The notes beneath the pieces are model-generated. The model saw only the letters and a list, made by a program, of their open reading frames with translations, did not search any database and was not told the origin of the DNA. This document shows, in pieces, positions 18,723 to 29,380 of a stretch of DNA of 34,904 bases. Position numbers and translations under genes: made by a program. This DNA is from an uncultured Victivallales bacterium. Lineage in GTDB: Bacteria > Verrucomicrobiota > Lentisphaeria > Victivallales > UBA1829. The stretch is from contig CALXMJ010000083.1 of assembly GCA_944389445.1 (NCBI GenBank), forward strand, positions 1-34,904, given 5' to 3'. Every line of letters begins with the position of its first letter. The first letter of the stretch is position 1.

Positions 18723-19757
18723 ATGGGGTACAAAAATACAAATGAGTTCATGCGGATCCGCGGAGTGATTCTTTCCTCCATAGCGAATTCAAACCGGACG
18801 GAAATCCGGATACCATCCCTTCGGAAGCTTGCCGAACTTTACCGGGTATCGCCTCCGACTGCAATGCGGGCGATCCACTCTCTGCTCGAAGACGGCTATA
18901 TTGTCCCGCTGAAAGGCGGCGGTTACCGCTCCCTTTCCCAGATGCGAAGTTCCATGAAAATTTTCGGGATGATCAACAGCTTCGGCAAACAAATTTACGA
19001 TATTCACTGTTTCTGGCTTCTGAACGCGGCTCTCGGGATCGAACTGACCGGACGGGGACCCGAATTCTGCACAAAGGATCTCTATCTTGAAACCCAAACC
19101 GATCTTCGCCGCGCCATCTTTGAACATGGTCTTGCGGGATTGATCTGTTCCGGTGTAACAGCGGAAATCGTGGATGAAATCGTCCGGCTCCAGAAGGAAA
19201 CGCCGATCCCGGCGGTTGCATTCTACACCTCCACGCGGAAAATCACGGCGGCTGCGCCGCTCGCTGAGGATTTCTATGGACTTTTCCGTCAGCTTCTGCG
19301 GGAAAAGCGCACGAGCTTTCTGGTTCTCCTTTCGGAACACCATCCGTTTTATCGGGAAATCGCCGAAGCCATTGAGAAAACGCGTCTCCAGAACGGTGTC
19401 AGTCTGACACGCATTTCCTGTGCGGAAGAGGAGGCGCTGTTTCAACTCCGGACTCTCTACAGAACGACTCCCTCCTTTGACGCGATTCTGTTTTTCTCCC
19501 TTATGCCGGGAACCTATGAATTTCTGGCAAAACGGGAAAATCCCGATCAGTGCCGTTTTGTTCTGGATCAGTTTTCCCTTTATGAAAGCCTCCGCTTTAC
19601 AGGTTATGTCTACTCCATTGATCTGAAAAAAACAGCAGGAAAGATCATCGGGAATCTTCTGGAACAGACCAGAGGAAACGAAAACAAACACTTCTTTCGA
19701 ACGGAATTTTCAATTGTTCAATATGAAAATGGACATGTTCTCAAACCACTCACATGA
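18723..19757 (+). CDS. GntR-family regulator with divergent (periplasmic-binding-protein-like) effector domain
   Basis: AAGGAG RBS; wHTH IPSLRKLAELYRVSPPTAMRAIHSLLEDGYI...GGG. Confidence 0.85.
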   Translation: MGYKNTNEFMRIRGVILSSIANSNRTEIRIPSLRKLAELYRVSPPTAMRAIHSLLEDGYIVPLKGGGYRSLSQMRSSMKIFGMINSFGKQIYDIHCFWLLNAALGIELTGRGPEFCTKDLYLETQTDLRRAIFEHGLAGLICSGVTAEIVDEIVRLQKETPIPAVAFYTSTRKITAAAPLAEDFYGLFRQLLREKRTSFLVLLSEHHPFYREIAEAIEKTRLQNGVSLTRISCAEEEALFQLRTLYRTTPSFDAILFFSLMPGTYEFLAKRENPDQCRFVLDQFSLYESLRFTGYVYSIDLKKTAGKIIGNLLEQTRGNENKHFFRTEFSIVQYENGHVLKPLT

Positions 19758-19772
19758 AAGGATTGCACAACT

Positions 19773-22700
19773 ATGACAATGAGAGTCGCTCTGCTGACAA
19801 GCTGTCTATTCGCGCCCGCCCTTCTCTTCGGACAGATTCTGTTTGAAGATTCCTTTCAGGATGCGGATACGCTGAACAACAGAAAACAATGGCCTCCCTA
19901 CCGGGAAGGCGCGGAAATCCTCCGCATGGAGGATGGAAAATTTGCACTTCATCTCTCACCGAAACCGGTGAAACCGGGATGCAGGGCCATGGTCAGCCGG
20001 CAGTTCGATCTGAACAGCGTCCGTGGCAAACGGCTGACTGTTACCGCGGATGTCAAATGGGACATCAAGCTGCCGTTCAGCAAATGGATGGGATCGCGTT
20101 TCATGCTCTGCATCACCGGTTCCGACAAGAAAACGTCCTATGTCAGTGCATCCATTCCGCCGGGGAAATCCGACTGGAAACCCGTCGAATTTTCCGCACA
20201 GATTCCGGATGATGCCCAGAGAGTCATGCTGTTTCTCGGAATCCAGGATGCTCCCGGCGATCTATATGTGAGAAATTTGAAAGTCCGTTCCGGCGACCTT
20301 TTTCTGGACCTCTCCTCCGCGGCAAACATGACCTATCAGGATCAACAGGCCGGCGACGGCAAAGGAGGCTGGTCCGATCAGGGACCCGACAACGATGCCT
20401 CCGGATTCAATTTCCGGCAGACGACTTTCGCCAATGTTCCCTTCAACCCGCTTGATCCGGGAGCAAAAAAACGAAACACCGTCCTGACGTTTGCATCCCC
20501 GAATTTCCCGAAAGGGCTGGAAAAGGCGGAAATTTCCCTTTCCGGCACCGGAACGAATGCGGAATATCTTTATCTTCTGCACACATGCTCCTGGGGCGGA
20601 ACCAAAGGACCGGCAGGATTCATCTCAATCTCCGGCGACAGCGGAAAAATGCAGAAAATCACCGTTCAGGACAGCCGGGACGTCAGCAACTGGTGGTTCC
20701 CGAAACAGGTGGAAAACGGTGCGATCGGCTGCATCTGGAGCAATGTCTCAGGCGGAAATGTCGGATTGTATGTTACGAAATACAAGTTGGATTCCTCGCT
20801 TGGAAAGATTCGAAAGATCACATTGGAAAGCGCTCATGCCGCGCCCATCTGGATCGTAGTCGGCGCCACGCTTTCCTCCCGGGACTATCCATTCCCCAAA
20901 ACAGAAAGCACTCATATCAAGGCGGACCGGGTCTGGAAGGCGGTTCCTGTCGATACGCAGACGCAGGGAATCCGGAAAGGATCGGCGCTGGATCTCTCCC
21001 GGATTCTGCCGCTGGAGAAAGTCGGAGTTTACGGACGTGTCGTGGTCGCTCCGGACGGACATTTCACCTTTGAAAAACGTCCGGATAAACGGATCCGCTT
21101 CATGGCAGCCACCATTGACTTCTCCCTCCTCTGGGAAAAAAATCCCGATCTGGCCGGTGCTGATGATGCGGAAATCAAACGGAGAATTCGGGAATTCGCC
21201 GAAGAGATCCGCAGAAACGGATACAACATGGTCCGTCTTCATTTCTTCAATACCGCGATGATGGGAAGCGCCAGACAGGATCTGGAATTCGATCCCGTCT
21301 TCTTCGACCGATTCGATTATATGGTCCACTCCTTCAAGGAGAATGGAATTTATCTCAACTGGGATGTCTGGACCAGCGCCCCCGGTTTTCAGGCGGGCAA
21401 TCACTGGGCAAACCGTGTCGGGGATAAAAGACATTATTTCTACTATCTCTATGTGGATCCGAAGGTCCGGAACATGTGGAAGGAAGGAGTAAGGAAATTC
21501 CTGAATCGGAAGAATCCGTATACGGGAACAACACTTGCCGAAGATCCGGTGCTCGCCATTACCATCGCCGCAAACGAGCAGGACGGAATGCTCCGCGGCT
21601 GGCGCGACACCTCCGAACTTCTGCCGGAATGGAAAGCCTTCCTCCGGAAACGCTACAGCTCAATCGACGCCCTGAAGAAAGCATGGGGAAAACGGGCGGC
21701 CGCCCTCCGGGATTTCGACTCAATCACTCCTTACCGGAGTGCCGATTTTGCCACACCGGATCAGTATGGACGCGATATTACCGAATTTATCATGGAAAAG
21801 GAAAACGCTCTTGTCGATTTTTATCGGAAATCGCTTGAGGAAGCCGGATACAAGGGACTCTTCAGCCAGTGGAACATGGGACAGGAACTGTTCCGGAATC
21901 TGGAGCGTCAGAAAGTGGATGTCGTGACCATCAACGGCTATCACGCCCACCCGTCTGCATATACCAGTCCGGGATCGACAATCAGCCAGGCAAGTTCGAT
22001 TTCGCAGATTGCCGCCTGCATCCGGAATCTGAATGCCACAAAGCTCTATCGGAAACCGCTGGTGCTTACGGAATACGGCCATGTCTTCTGGAACAAATAC
22101 CGCTATGAACAGGGATTTGTCACGGGAGCCTATTCGGCCTTCCAGAATCATGACGGAATCACCGGATTCTGCAATCAGGTCCGTTCAGCACAGAAAATCA
22201 AAAATCCCAAGCAGATGTGGATCAGTCCATTTACAGGATTTGCATTCGATCCGGTGGCAAAATCGCAGGAATTCCTGACCGCTCTGATGTATCGGCGCGG
22301 GGATGTGACCCCGGCAAAAAATATGGTGCGGATCGCCGTTTCCGGCAAGAAAATCATGAAGGCTGGAGAGTGGATGGATGCGGTTCACAGCGGACAGACG
22401 CGTCTCTCTCTGGTTACAGGATTCGCTGTGGACTGCGAATCAAATCTGCCCGTCAGTCCAAACGAGCTGATTCTCCCGCTCAGCGGGAGGACTCAGCTCA
22501 ATGTTCAGGAGAAGTTCATTGAAACAAAGGAAAGTGAGGTCAACGCCTTCGACTTTGATTCAACCATCCGGATGCTGAAACAGAAAAAACAGCTGCCGGA
22601 ATCCAACCGCACCTCGGCGGAAAAAACTCAGTATGAAAGTGCAAGCGGAGAACTGTTCCTGGATCAGCACAAACGCTTCATGTCCGTTGACACACCGCGC

Positions 22701-23126
22701 CTTCAGGGAATTTGCGGAGAAGCGGGAACAAAAGCAAAACTTTCCAATCTGGAAATCCGGCAGATGAGTCCGCGTGGCAACCTTTCGCTTGCCAGTGTGG
22801 ATGGAATGAAGGATTTGCAGCAGGCGAAGCGTCTGGTCGTGGTGTTTGCGACCAATGCGCTCAACAGCGATATGCAGTTCCGTGATCTGGAAATGCGGGT
22901 TCTGAATCGGATCGGCACGCTTCCGGTTCTGGTGGAAACCGGTTCCTTCTCGCTGACCTTCCGTAATGTCAATGCGAAGAAGATGAAAGGATATGCTCTT
23001 GCCATGGATGGCTCCCGCATCGCGGAAATTCCGCTGAGACATTCCGGGAACACTGTTGAGCTGACCCTGAAATCCACAGCGTTCCCGCAGGGGCCGGCCG
23101 TCTATTTTGAAGTGGTCGCTGAATAA
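19773..23126 (+). CDS. Secreted multidomain glycoside hydrolase (CBM-like beta-sandwiches plus clan GH-A barrel, GH5/GH42-like)
   Basis: Signal peptide; [18 protein letters not shown]......NE (acid/base), [29 protein letters not shown] (nucleophile). Confidence 0.8.
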   Translation: MTMRVALLTSCLFAPALLFGQILFEDSFQDADTLNNRKQWPPYREGAEILRMEDGKFALHLSPKPVKPGCRAMVSRQFDLNSVRGKRLTVTADVKWDIKLPFSKWMGSRFMLCITGSDKKTSYVSASIPPGKSDWKPVEFSAQIPDDAQRVMLFLGIQDAPGDLYVRNLKVRSGDLFLDLSSAANMTYQDQQAGDGKGGWSDQGPDNDASGFNFRQTTFANVPFNPLDPGAKKRNTVLTFASPNFPKGLEKAEISLSGTGTNAEYLYLLHTCSWGGTKGPAGFISISGDSGKMQKITVQDSRDVSNWWFPKQVENGAIGCIWSNVSGGNVGLYVTKYKLDSSLGKIRKITLESAHAAPIWIVVGATLSSRDYPFPKTESTHIKADRVWKAVPVDTQTQGIRKGSALDLSRILPLEKVGVYGRVVVAPDGHFTFEKRPDKRIRFMAATIDFSLLWEKNPDLAGADDAEIKRRIREFAEEIRRNGYNMVRLHFFNTAMMGSARQDLEFDPVFFDRFDYMVHSFKENGIYLNWDVWTSAPGFQAGNHWANRVGDKRHYFYYLYVDPKVRNMWKEGVRKFLNRKNPYTGTTLAEDPVLAITIAANEQDGMLRGWRDTSELLPEWKAFLRKRYSSIDALKKAWGKRAAALRDFDSITPYRSADFATPDQYGRDITEFIMEKENALVDFYRKSLEEAGYKGLFSQWNMGQELFRNLERQKVDVVTINGYHAHPSAYTSPGSTISQASSISQIAACIRNLNATKLYRKPLVLTEYGHVFWNKYRYEQGFVTGAYSAFQNHDGITGFCNQVRSAQKIKNPKQMWISPFTGFAFDPVAKSQEFLTALMYRRGDVTPAKNMVRIAVSGKKIMKAGEWMDAVHSGQTRLSLVTGFAVDCESNLPVSPNELILPLSGRTQLNVQEKFIETKESEVNAFDFDSTIRMLKQKKQLPESNRTSAEKTQYESASGELFLDQHKRFMSVDTPRLQGICGEAGTKAKLSNLEIRQMSPRGNLSLASVDGMKDLQQAKRLVVVFATNALNSDMQFRDLEMRVLNRIGTLPVLVETGSFSLTFRNVNAKKMKGYALAMDGSRIAEIPLRHSGNTVELTLKSTAFPQGPAVYFEVVAE

Positions 23127-23144
23127 ATATAAGGAGTCCGGAAA

Positions 23145-23231
23145 ATGAAACCATGGAATCCGCTTCTCCTCTCTGCAGCTCGTTCTTTCGCCGTAGAAAA
23201 TGCGGAAAAAATCGGGAAAACGGATCCATGA
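23145..23231 (+). CDS. Putative 28-aa small ORF or truncated signal-peptide gene
   Basis: Strong AAGGAG RBS at 23131-23136, then [28 protein letters not shown]. The stop overlaps an ATG (23228) that is in frame with the prepilin-like gene. Confidence 0.35.
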   Translation: MKPWNPLLLSAARSFAVENAEKIGKTDP

Positions 23232-23293
23232 AAAAATGGAATGAAATAACACTCCGGAACACAGACAGAAACCACGAAAGGAGAACTGGATAC

Positions 23294-23995
23294 ATGCAGA
23301 AACGGATTTTCACACTTCTGGAACTGCTCATTGTTGTGGCTGTGATCGCCATCCTTGCCGGACTGCTGCTGCCTGCTCTGAACAAGGCACGGGAAAGCGC
23401 AATCGCAATCAAATGCACGGAAAGTATGAAACAGCTTGGACTGGCATATCATCAGTATGCACAGAGCTGTGACGACTGGACTTTGAGTTATGAAAATCCA
23501 AGATGGTATATCAACGAGTTCTTTCTGGATATTCTGAATGTCAAAGTCAGAGGACCGAGCGGCTGGAATCTGGAATACTGGGACAAGAGTTTCATCTGCT
23601 CCAATGCAACCCGCTGCGGAACCAATGCGGCAATCTACAAATCCCTGTCGCCGCTTTACCGGTCCGTCTGCAATGCCTATGGACTGAATGTTTCCGGAAC
23701 GGAAGGGCCCTCCTGGACCAATTATAAACTGACCAAAGTCAGAAATTCCTCAGCCAAAGTCGCTTTTTCCGAGACATCCGCAGGAGGCCTGATTCCCTCC
23801 TGGAGCCGTGATCCGGCAGAGAAATGGTGGCTGCTTGGAAACGGTCAGCTGACAGATACCGATCAGTACATGGCCTATCGCCATAGAGAAAACACAGCGG
23901 CAAATACTCTTTTTTTCGACGGTCATGTTGCAGCAATTCCTTATTCCGTTTTCATGCAGAGTCAATTCTCTTACCACCTGACGCCGTATCAGTAA
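23294..23995 (+). CDS. Prepilin-type N-terminal cleavage/methylation domain protein with H-X9-DG-type C-terminus (DUF1559-like)
   Basis: AAAGGAG RBS; [34 protein letters not shown]...C...MKQLGLA; C-terminal [18 protein letters not shown]. Confidence 0.9.
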   Translation: MQKRIFTLLELLIVVAVIAILAGLLLPALNKARESAIAIKCTESMKQLGLAYHQYAQSCDDWTLSYENPRWYINEFFLDILNVKVRGPSGWNLEYWDKSFICSNATRCGTNAAIYKSLSPLYRSVCNAYGLNVSGTEGPSWTNYKLTKVRNSSAKVAFSETSAGGLIPSWSRDPAEKWWLLGNGQLTDTDQYMAYRHRENTAANTLFFDGHVAAIPYSVFMQSQFSYHLTPYQ

Positions 23996-24007
23996 TCCCG
24001 TGTCTTG

Positions 24008-24037
24008 CCCCGGAAATGTGGACTTTCATTTCCGGGG
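24008..24037 (+). terminator. Strong intergenic hairpin (terminator or mRNA stabiliser)
   Basis: CCCCGGAAATG-tggacttt-CATTTCCGGGG, a perfect 11-bp stem with no U-tract. Confidence 0.6.
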
Positions 24038-24073
24038 GGATTCAACAAACCGTCAATGCATAAGGATGATGCT

Positions 24074-25252
24074 ATGCTGACATTTCAGAAAAACGAAGAC
24101 AGCAACTTCGCCGCGGAAGAAAGTTCCGTTCAAGATGGATACTGCCGCATTGCGTTTACCCCGTCGCCGCACGATGGAATTGCAAAATTGTGGTTTCACT
24201 GGGTTGTCCGGAATGAATCTTCCGAGCCGCTCCCTCCGCAGACCCGAATCATTTTGAAGAACCTGCAAGGGGTGCTCGGCGCTGAAGACGGCTCCTTTCA
24301 GCCGGTTATCCGGACGGACAAATCCGACTGGGAACGTCTGCACAGCGGCGTTCGAAGTGTTCTGCCGGATGGCCGCACTCAACTGGAATGGATCGTGAAG
24401 ACGCCGCAACGGAACGGATTTCTGGAGTGTGCGCTCTGTTATCCGTACTGGATGCCGGAGCTGGAACGAATGTGTCAGGAGACGGGCGGATACTGGGTCG
24501 CGGACGAGATCGGCGTGACCAGGGAAGAGCGGAGAATTCTCCGGCTCTCCAACTGCTATGGCAATCCGGAGCGCCCGGAACGCGGACTCTATCTTCTTGC
24601 GCGGCAGCACGCCGGGGAAACACCGGGGTCCTGGGTGCTGGACGGCCTCCTGAGGCGCCTTGCGGAACGAAAGGCTCCTTTCCCGGTCTGGTGCATCCCA
24701 TTTGCCGATCCGGACGGCATTGCAAACGGTGATTACGGAAAGGATTCCTTTCCGCAGGATATGAACCGTTCCTGGGGGCCTTTTGAATTTATGCGTCATG
24801 AGACGAAAGTGATCGGTACCGATCTTCGGGAATGGCGCAGACGCATTCTTCCCGGAGAGTCGCTGGTTCTGGATTTTCATGCTCCTGGAGCGGATGAAAC
24901 CGGAGTTTATGCTTACGTCTCCGACGAATCGCGGAAACATCCGTTCCGATGGAAAATCCATGATCTTCTCCCGCGGCTCGACAGAGCAATCGCCCCCTGT
25001 TCGCAGACGCCATTTCTCAGGACAGGCGGTTACAAGAAATATTCCGCCTGGGGAGAGTTTGCAAATCTTTCGGAGTTCTGTCTCTGGACTCTTCCGCTTC
25101 TTTTTGCTTCGATTGAGATCAGTTACTGGAAGGCGGGAGGAAAAGTCCTGACCAGAAAGGAATATCAAAATATCGGAAGCCGGATCACAGATGAGATCAT
25201 TTCTATTTTTTCGGAATCATTACAGTCAGGAGTCAGCAAAAAATGCGTTTGA
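24074..25252 (+). CDS. M14-family zinc carboxypeptidase-like protein
   Basis: ARQHAGETPGSW (HxxE), PDG...K...DMNRSW, LDFH; TAAGGA RBS before the ATG at 24074. Confidence 0.85.
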   Translation: MLTFQKNEDSNFAAEESSVQDGYCRIAFTPSPHDGIAKLWFHWVVRNESSEPLPPQTRIILKNLQGVLGAEDGSFQPVIRTDKSDWERLHSGVRSVLPDGRTQLEWIVKTPQRNGFLECALCYPYWMPELERMCQETGGYWVADEIGVTREERRILRLSNCYGNPERPERGLYLLARQHAGETPGSWVLDGLLRRLAERKAPFPVWCIPFADPDGIANGDYGKDSFPQDMNRSWGPFEFMRHETKVIGTDLREWRRRILPGESLVLDFHAPGADETGVYAYVSDESRKHPFRWKIHDLLPRLDRAIAPCSQTPFLRTGGYKKYSAWGEFANLSEFCLWTLPLLFASIEISYWKAGGKVLTRKEYQNIGSRITDEIISIFSESLQSGVSKKCV

Positions 25253-26904
25253 AAACCCGTCTCTGCAGTTCTCTGGCAAAGATTTTTCCTCAGGAGGAAC
25301 CGCAGGGAGTTCCATACCATTCCGCCTCGGCGCTGAAGGGAGAACGATTCTCGTTCCAGTTTGTGTTTCATACAAAAAAGCAGTGGACCCCTTTCCGAGT
25401 GGAGGTGGACTCCGCTCTGCGTAAATATGTCCGGGTTCGGAAAGTGGAGCTTGTCCCGGTACCAAGCCTATCCCCCTTTCTTCCGGAGGAATGGGCGGAA
25501 GAGGATCTTATTTCCCATCAGCCCGGTTTGTATCCGGATCTTCTGGAAGAACTTCCGGATCCCTATTATCCGCTTCCGGACGCCTGGAATGCTCTGTGGA
25601 TTACCGTGGAACTGCCGGAGACGATTCAGGGCGGCAGATATCCAATCCGGCTTCGTCTCCTGGAATCGGGAGCCGATGCAGGAGAACAGGTTTTGATTCT
25701 GGATGTCATTGATTTAGTTCTGCCACCGCAGAAACTGATCTGCACCAGCTGGGTCCATGCGGACTGTCTTGCCGTTTATTATGATACCCCGATGTGGAGC
25801 GGAAAACACTGGAGCATTCTGGAAAAGTTTATCCGTTCGGCAGTCCGGCATGGCATCAACATGCTCTACACACCGCTGCTGACGCCTCCGCTGGATACCG
25901 CACCCGGAGAGGAACGGCCAACGACTCAGCTGATCGGGATCCGGAAAAAGAAAGGGGACTACTTTTTTGATTTTTCCAGACTGGATCGCTGGATCAACAT
26001 GGCGCAGAAGTGCGGAATGAAATACTTTGAGTTTTCGCATCTGTTTTCTCAGTGGGGGGCGAGGTATGCACCGAAGGTCGTGGCGGATGTCAATGGAACC
26101 GAACAACGGATTTTCGGGTGGGAGACGTCTGGAACTGATCCGGAATACCGAAAATTCCTTGCGCAGCTTCTCCCGCAACTGACGAATTTTCTGATCCGGA
26201 AAAATCTGCGGAAGCAATGTTATTTCCACTGTTCCGACGAACCGAATCGAAAACAAGTGGAATCCTATCGGGAGGCTTTTCTGTTCCTGCATAAATTTTT
26301 GAAGGAGTTTCATTTGTTTGATGCGATGTCCGATACCGGAGTTGCCCGACGAATCCCGGAAGTCATTCCGATTCCTGCAGAAGAACATATCAGGACTTTT
26401 GCATTGCAGAAGCCGGACCAGCTCTGGACCTATTACTCCTGTACTTCGCAAAAGAAAGTCAGCAATCGTTTTCTGCACATGCCGTCCTCCCGGAACCGGA
26501 TTCTCGGAGCACTTCTTTACCGGTACGGAATTTCCGGATTTCTGAACTGGGGTTTCAATTTTTATTATTCGGGTCTTTCCCGTTTTCCGCTTGATCCCTT
26601 TCGCCGAACAGATGCTGGGGGAGCATTCCCGCCGGGAGATGCTTTCCTGGTTTATCCGGGAAGAAATGGTGCGCCTTTGGATTCCATTCATTATGAAGTT
26701 TTTGCAGAGGCTTTGCAGGATTTCCGTGTTCTTTCACTACTGGAGAGATATCTCCATAGAGACAAAATTATGGATATGCTGGACCACCATTCTCCCGGAG
26801 GACGAATGACAATGACAGAGTATCCGCGAGGAGAAAATGCCGTATTATCTCTTCGAAAGCGAATAAACAAATGCCTTGCAGGGAGTGTAAAAGAGACCAG
26901 CTAA
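25243..26904 (+). CDS. DUF4091-domain putative glycoside hydrolase (GH123-like)
   Basis: LYPDLL, GINMLYTP, SDEP, GFLNWGFNF, GDAFLVYPG....DSI.YE...EALQD.R.L. Confidence 0.8.
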   Translation: MRLKTRLCSSLAKIFPQEEPQGVPYHSASALKGERFSFQFVFHTKKQWTPFRVEVDSALRKYVRVRKVELVPVPSLSPFLPEEWAEEDLISHQPGLYPDLLEELPDPYYPLPDAWNALWITVELPETIQGGRYPIRLRLLESGADAGEQVLILDVIDLVLPPQKLICTSWVHADCLAVYYDTPMWSGKHWSILEKFIRSAVRHGINMLYTPLLTPPLDTAPGEERPTTQLIGIRKKKGDYFFDFSRLDRWINMAQKCGMKYFEFSHLFSQWGARYAPKVVADVNGTEQRIFGWETSGTDPEYRKFLAQLLPQLTNFLIRKNLRKQCYFHCSDEPNRKQVESYREAFLFLHKFLKEFHLFDAMSDTGVARRIPEVIPIPAEEHIRTFALQKPDQLWTYYSCTSQKKVSNRFLHMPSSRNRILGALLYRYGISGFLNWGFNFYYSGLSRFPLDPFRRTDAGGAFPPGDAFLVYPGRNGAPLDSIHYEVFAEALQDFRVLSLLERYLHRDKIMDMLDHHSPGGRMTMTEYPRGENAVLSLRKRINKCLAGSVKETS

Positions 26905-26919
26905 GCCTGCTGGTCTTTT
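26894..26919 (+). terminator. Rho-independent terminator overlapping the stop codon
   Basis: AGACCAGC-taagcct-GCTGGTCT followed by TTT. Confidence 0.65.
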
Positions 26920-27110
26920 GCTTCGCAGGACGGAGATCTCCGCTTCGCGGCTCTGCGGAGAGAAGGCGCACCGAATACAGCAGATCAGCCAGGACAACTG
27001 AGGGATGGAAATGTCCCTCATAAGTCGGGATTCCTTGAGGAATATGGTTTCGATGGAAAAGGGATTTATGCGGATTATGAATTCCTGAGAGGACGACATC
27101 TGGAATATGA

Positions 27111-27263
27111 ATTGTGGAGGTCGTCCACTCCTGGTTCAATCGATTCCGGAAATTGCTTGTCAGATATGAAAAGACAAATCGGGCATATGAATCATTGCTT
27201 CAATTGGCCGTTAGTATTATCATTTTTGGAAAAAACAGGCATTATTCAGGGATATATTCTTAA
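27111..27263 (+). mobile_element. IS5-family transposase C-terminal remnant with right end
   Basis: IVEVVHSWFNRFRKLLVRYEKTNRAYESLLQLAVSII (IS5-type VE..HSW.NRFR.L.VRYEK pattern); ends GGATATATTCT followed by TAA. Confidence 0.8.
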
Positions 27264-27495
27264 TACAGTATCTATTTTCTATTTTGTCAGATGGAATCCT
27301 ATCTTTACACTCTTATTGACGCATCATGCTGACTGTCAATTTATTATTTGGAAGAAACGTGTCACATGTCTTTTTTATTGAAAAACAGAATCATCTGTTC
27401 AACACATGCATCCCGCCTTCCCAATGAAGATGCACCCCCTTAATCAGTTGAAATTAATATCAGAAAGAAATTTCATAAAAATGAAAAATACCCTC

Positions 27496-27524
27496 TTGAC
27501 AAAAAAATGATTTTATGCTATAAT
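27496..27524 (+). promoter_or_regulatory. Consensus sigma70 promoter of the lacI-family gene
   Basis: TTGACA, 17 nt, TATAAT with an extended TG. Confidence 0.85.
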
Positions 27525-27530
27525 TAAAAA

Positions 27531-27548
27531 TGCTGAACCGATTCAGCA
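27531..27548. promoter_or_regulatory. LacI-type operator
   Basis: TGCTGAACCGATTCAGCA: near-perfect palindrome with central CG at the predicted +1. Confidence 0.75.
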
Positions 27549-27578
27549 AAATCTTGATTTTACGCAGTACTTTTCTGG

Positions 27579-28577
27579 ATGGGCATGAAAATGAAAGTGA
27601 CATTGAAAGATATTGCTGAAAAAGCCGGAGTCTCCAAGGCTCTGGTTTCAATGTATTTGAATCATGATCCCCGTGCCCGTCTGACCAGAGAGAAACAAAA
27701 TAAGATAGATGAACTGGTCGCAAAAATGGGATATCGCCCCTCCCATTTAGCAAGAGTTTTGCGGCAAGGACGCACCAAAACCATCGGAATGGTTCTTGGC
27801 GGCTTGAACGACCCTTTTTTCCATCATTTGGCAGAACTTGTTTTGAAATACAGCAGTGAACAGAATTATCAAATTCTGATTGCTCTGACGGAATGGGATC
27901 CGGAAAAAGAAAAACAGGCCCTTCAGCTTCTTCTTGACCGTGGCGTCGATGCAGTGATCCTCACAGCGGATACTATGAATGACCCGGAAGCGTTTACACA
28001 GATCATCGGAGACCATCCAGGAATTCTTTTGCGCAGGATACACCCGGCTTACAGCTCCGTCACAGGAAACATGAGGGATATTTTCCACGAGACCATCAGC
28101 CATTTCCGATCTCTCGGGATTTCAGAAATTTCTTTGATTGAACATGATAAACAAGTTCAAGCTCTTTTTCAGGAAGTCGCGGAAAAAGAAAATTTCAGAA
28201 TTCGGATTCCAGAAATCCGATGCCGGGCCGATGACAACGCCTCGCTAGGGGAATTTGCCCTGAATGCATGCCGGGAAACCGAGGGACTTTATATTGCATC
28301 CTGCTGGGTCGCCAAACAGTTTCTGCAAAAACTCCCAGAGCATCCGGAACTTCATCCGAAAATAGTGACGAACTATAATTTCCCGGAAGATTTTATTGGA
28401 GATTCCTCTATTACAGGAATTATAGACAATCATTTTTCAGATTTTGTCCGTCTGCTGACCGATACCATTATTGATCTTGCAGAACATCCTCAGAAACCAG
28501 TTATCAAGACAATGAATTTTCATTTTTATTCCCGTCAGGATTTTCTAGCCACGCATCCGGAGGCAGTCGGAAAATGA
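27579..28577 (+). CDS. LacI-family transcriptional regulator
   Basis: VTLKDIAEKAGVSKALVSMYLN...MGYRPSHLARVLRQGRTKTIG. True start may be 27585 or 27591. Confidence 0.95.
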   Translation: MGMKMKVTLKDIAEKAGVSKALVSMYLNHDPRARLTREKQNKIDELVAKMGYRPSHLARVLRQGRTKTIGMVLGGLNDPFFHHLAELVLKYSSEQNYQILIALTEWDPEKEKQALQLLLDRGVDAVILTADTMNDPEAFTQIIGDHPGILLRRIHPAYSSVTGNMRDIFHETISHFRSLGISEISLIEHDKQVQALFQEVAEKENFRIRIPEIRCRADDNASLGEFALNACRETEGLYIASCWVAKQFLQKLPEHPELHPKIVTNYNFPEDFIGDSSITGIIDNHFSDFVRLLTDTIIDLAEHPQKPVIKTMNFHFYSRQDFLATHPEAVGK

Positions 28578-28610
28578 AAGCCGGAAACTGCAGAAAGGAA
28601 TTCTTGAAAT

Positions 28611-29336
28611 ATGAAAAAGAATTTTTCTCTTATTGAATTATTAATTGTAATTTCCATTCTTTCCATTTTAGTCAGCCTGCTTCTTCCATCCCTGTTCAAG
28701 GCGAGGATGTCCGCACGTCAGGTCCAGTGTCTCTCCAACATGAAGCAACTTGCCACGGCATTTCAGTCTTATCTTGGAGATTACAACGACTGCTATCCGC
28801 TGATAGCCCCGGTCTCCAATTGGAGTATGGAAGGTGCAGGTAATGCAGCACGCTGGTACAATACAGGGTTCTACAGTCTTCATCTGATTGCCACCTACAT
28901 TGTGCCCGGAGCTGCACAGTGTTTTAAAAATACGGTCTGGGAACCGGTTTCAAAGGTTTTTGTGTGTCCGGGGAATCAGCTGAATCCAAACAATACGCAG
29001 GCAAATTACACTGCCAATTACTTTGTTTTCGGCAATCCCAATGAAGTGCCCTCCGTTTTCTCCTCCGGGAAGATGAAATATCCAACAAAAATTTTCACAA
29101 CCGCGGAAGGCCTTTCTCACACATTTGATTACAACACGGCCTCTCTGAATGTTTTTCCGGCTGCGGATTTTGAAAATCACACGACCAGCGGAGTCTATCA
29201 ATGGCACTTCCGCCATGAAAAAAGAATCAACTTCATATTTGGAGACGGCCACGCAGCCTCACATGCACCACCATTTTTCGGAATCGGGTCCTGGACCCAG
29301 CGGAAGAGCGGTCCTTTTTTCTGGTACAACTACTGA
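28611..29336 (+). CDS. Prepilin-type N-terminal cleavage/methylation domain protein with H-X9-DG C-terminus (DUF1559-like)
   Basis: MKKNFSLIELLIVISILSILVSLLLPSLFKAR..A..VQCLSNMKQL; FVCP; FRH-EKRINFIFG-DGHA. Confidence 0.9.
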   Translation: MKKNFSLIELLIVISILSILVSLLLPSLFKARMSARQVQCLSNMKQLATAFQSYLGDYNDCYPLIAPVSNWSMEGAGNAARWYNTGFYSLHLIATYIVPGAAQCFKNTVWEPVSKVFVCPGNQLNPNNTQANYTANYFVFGNPNEVPSVFSSGKMKYPTKIFTTAEGLSHTFDYNTASLNVFPAADFENHTTSGVYQWHFRHEKRINFIFGDGHAASHAPPFFGIGSWTQRKSGPFFWYNY

Positions 29337-29380
29337 GTAATAGTAACAATAAAATCCAACAAAGAGAAGGAATCCATTCT

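Noticed and set aside
23153-23293. ORF-track N-terminal extensions (also 2597, 7184, 8236, 18591, 24005)
   Set aside because: Downstream ATGs have better RBS or overlap coupling and match the family N-termini; the 24005 start lies at a hairpin.
26930-27110. Open, coding-looking stretch (GQLRDGNVPHKSGFLEEYGFDGKG...) before the IS5 remnant
   Set aside because: No start or RBS and no recognisable family in any frame, so it cannot be supported as a feature.
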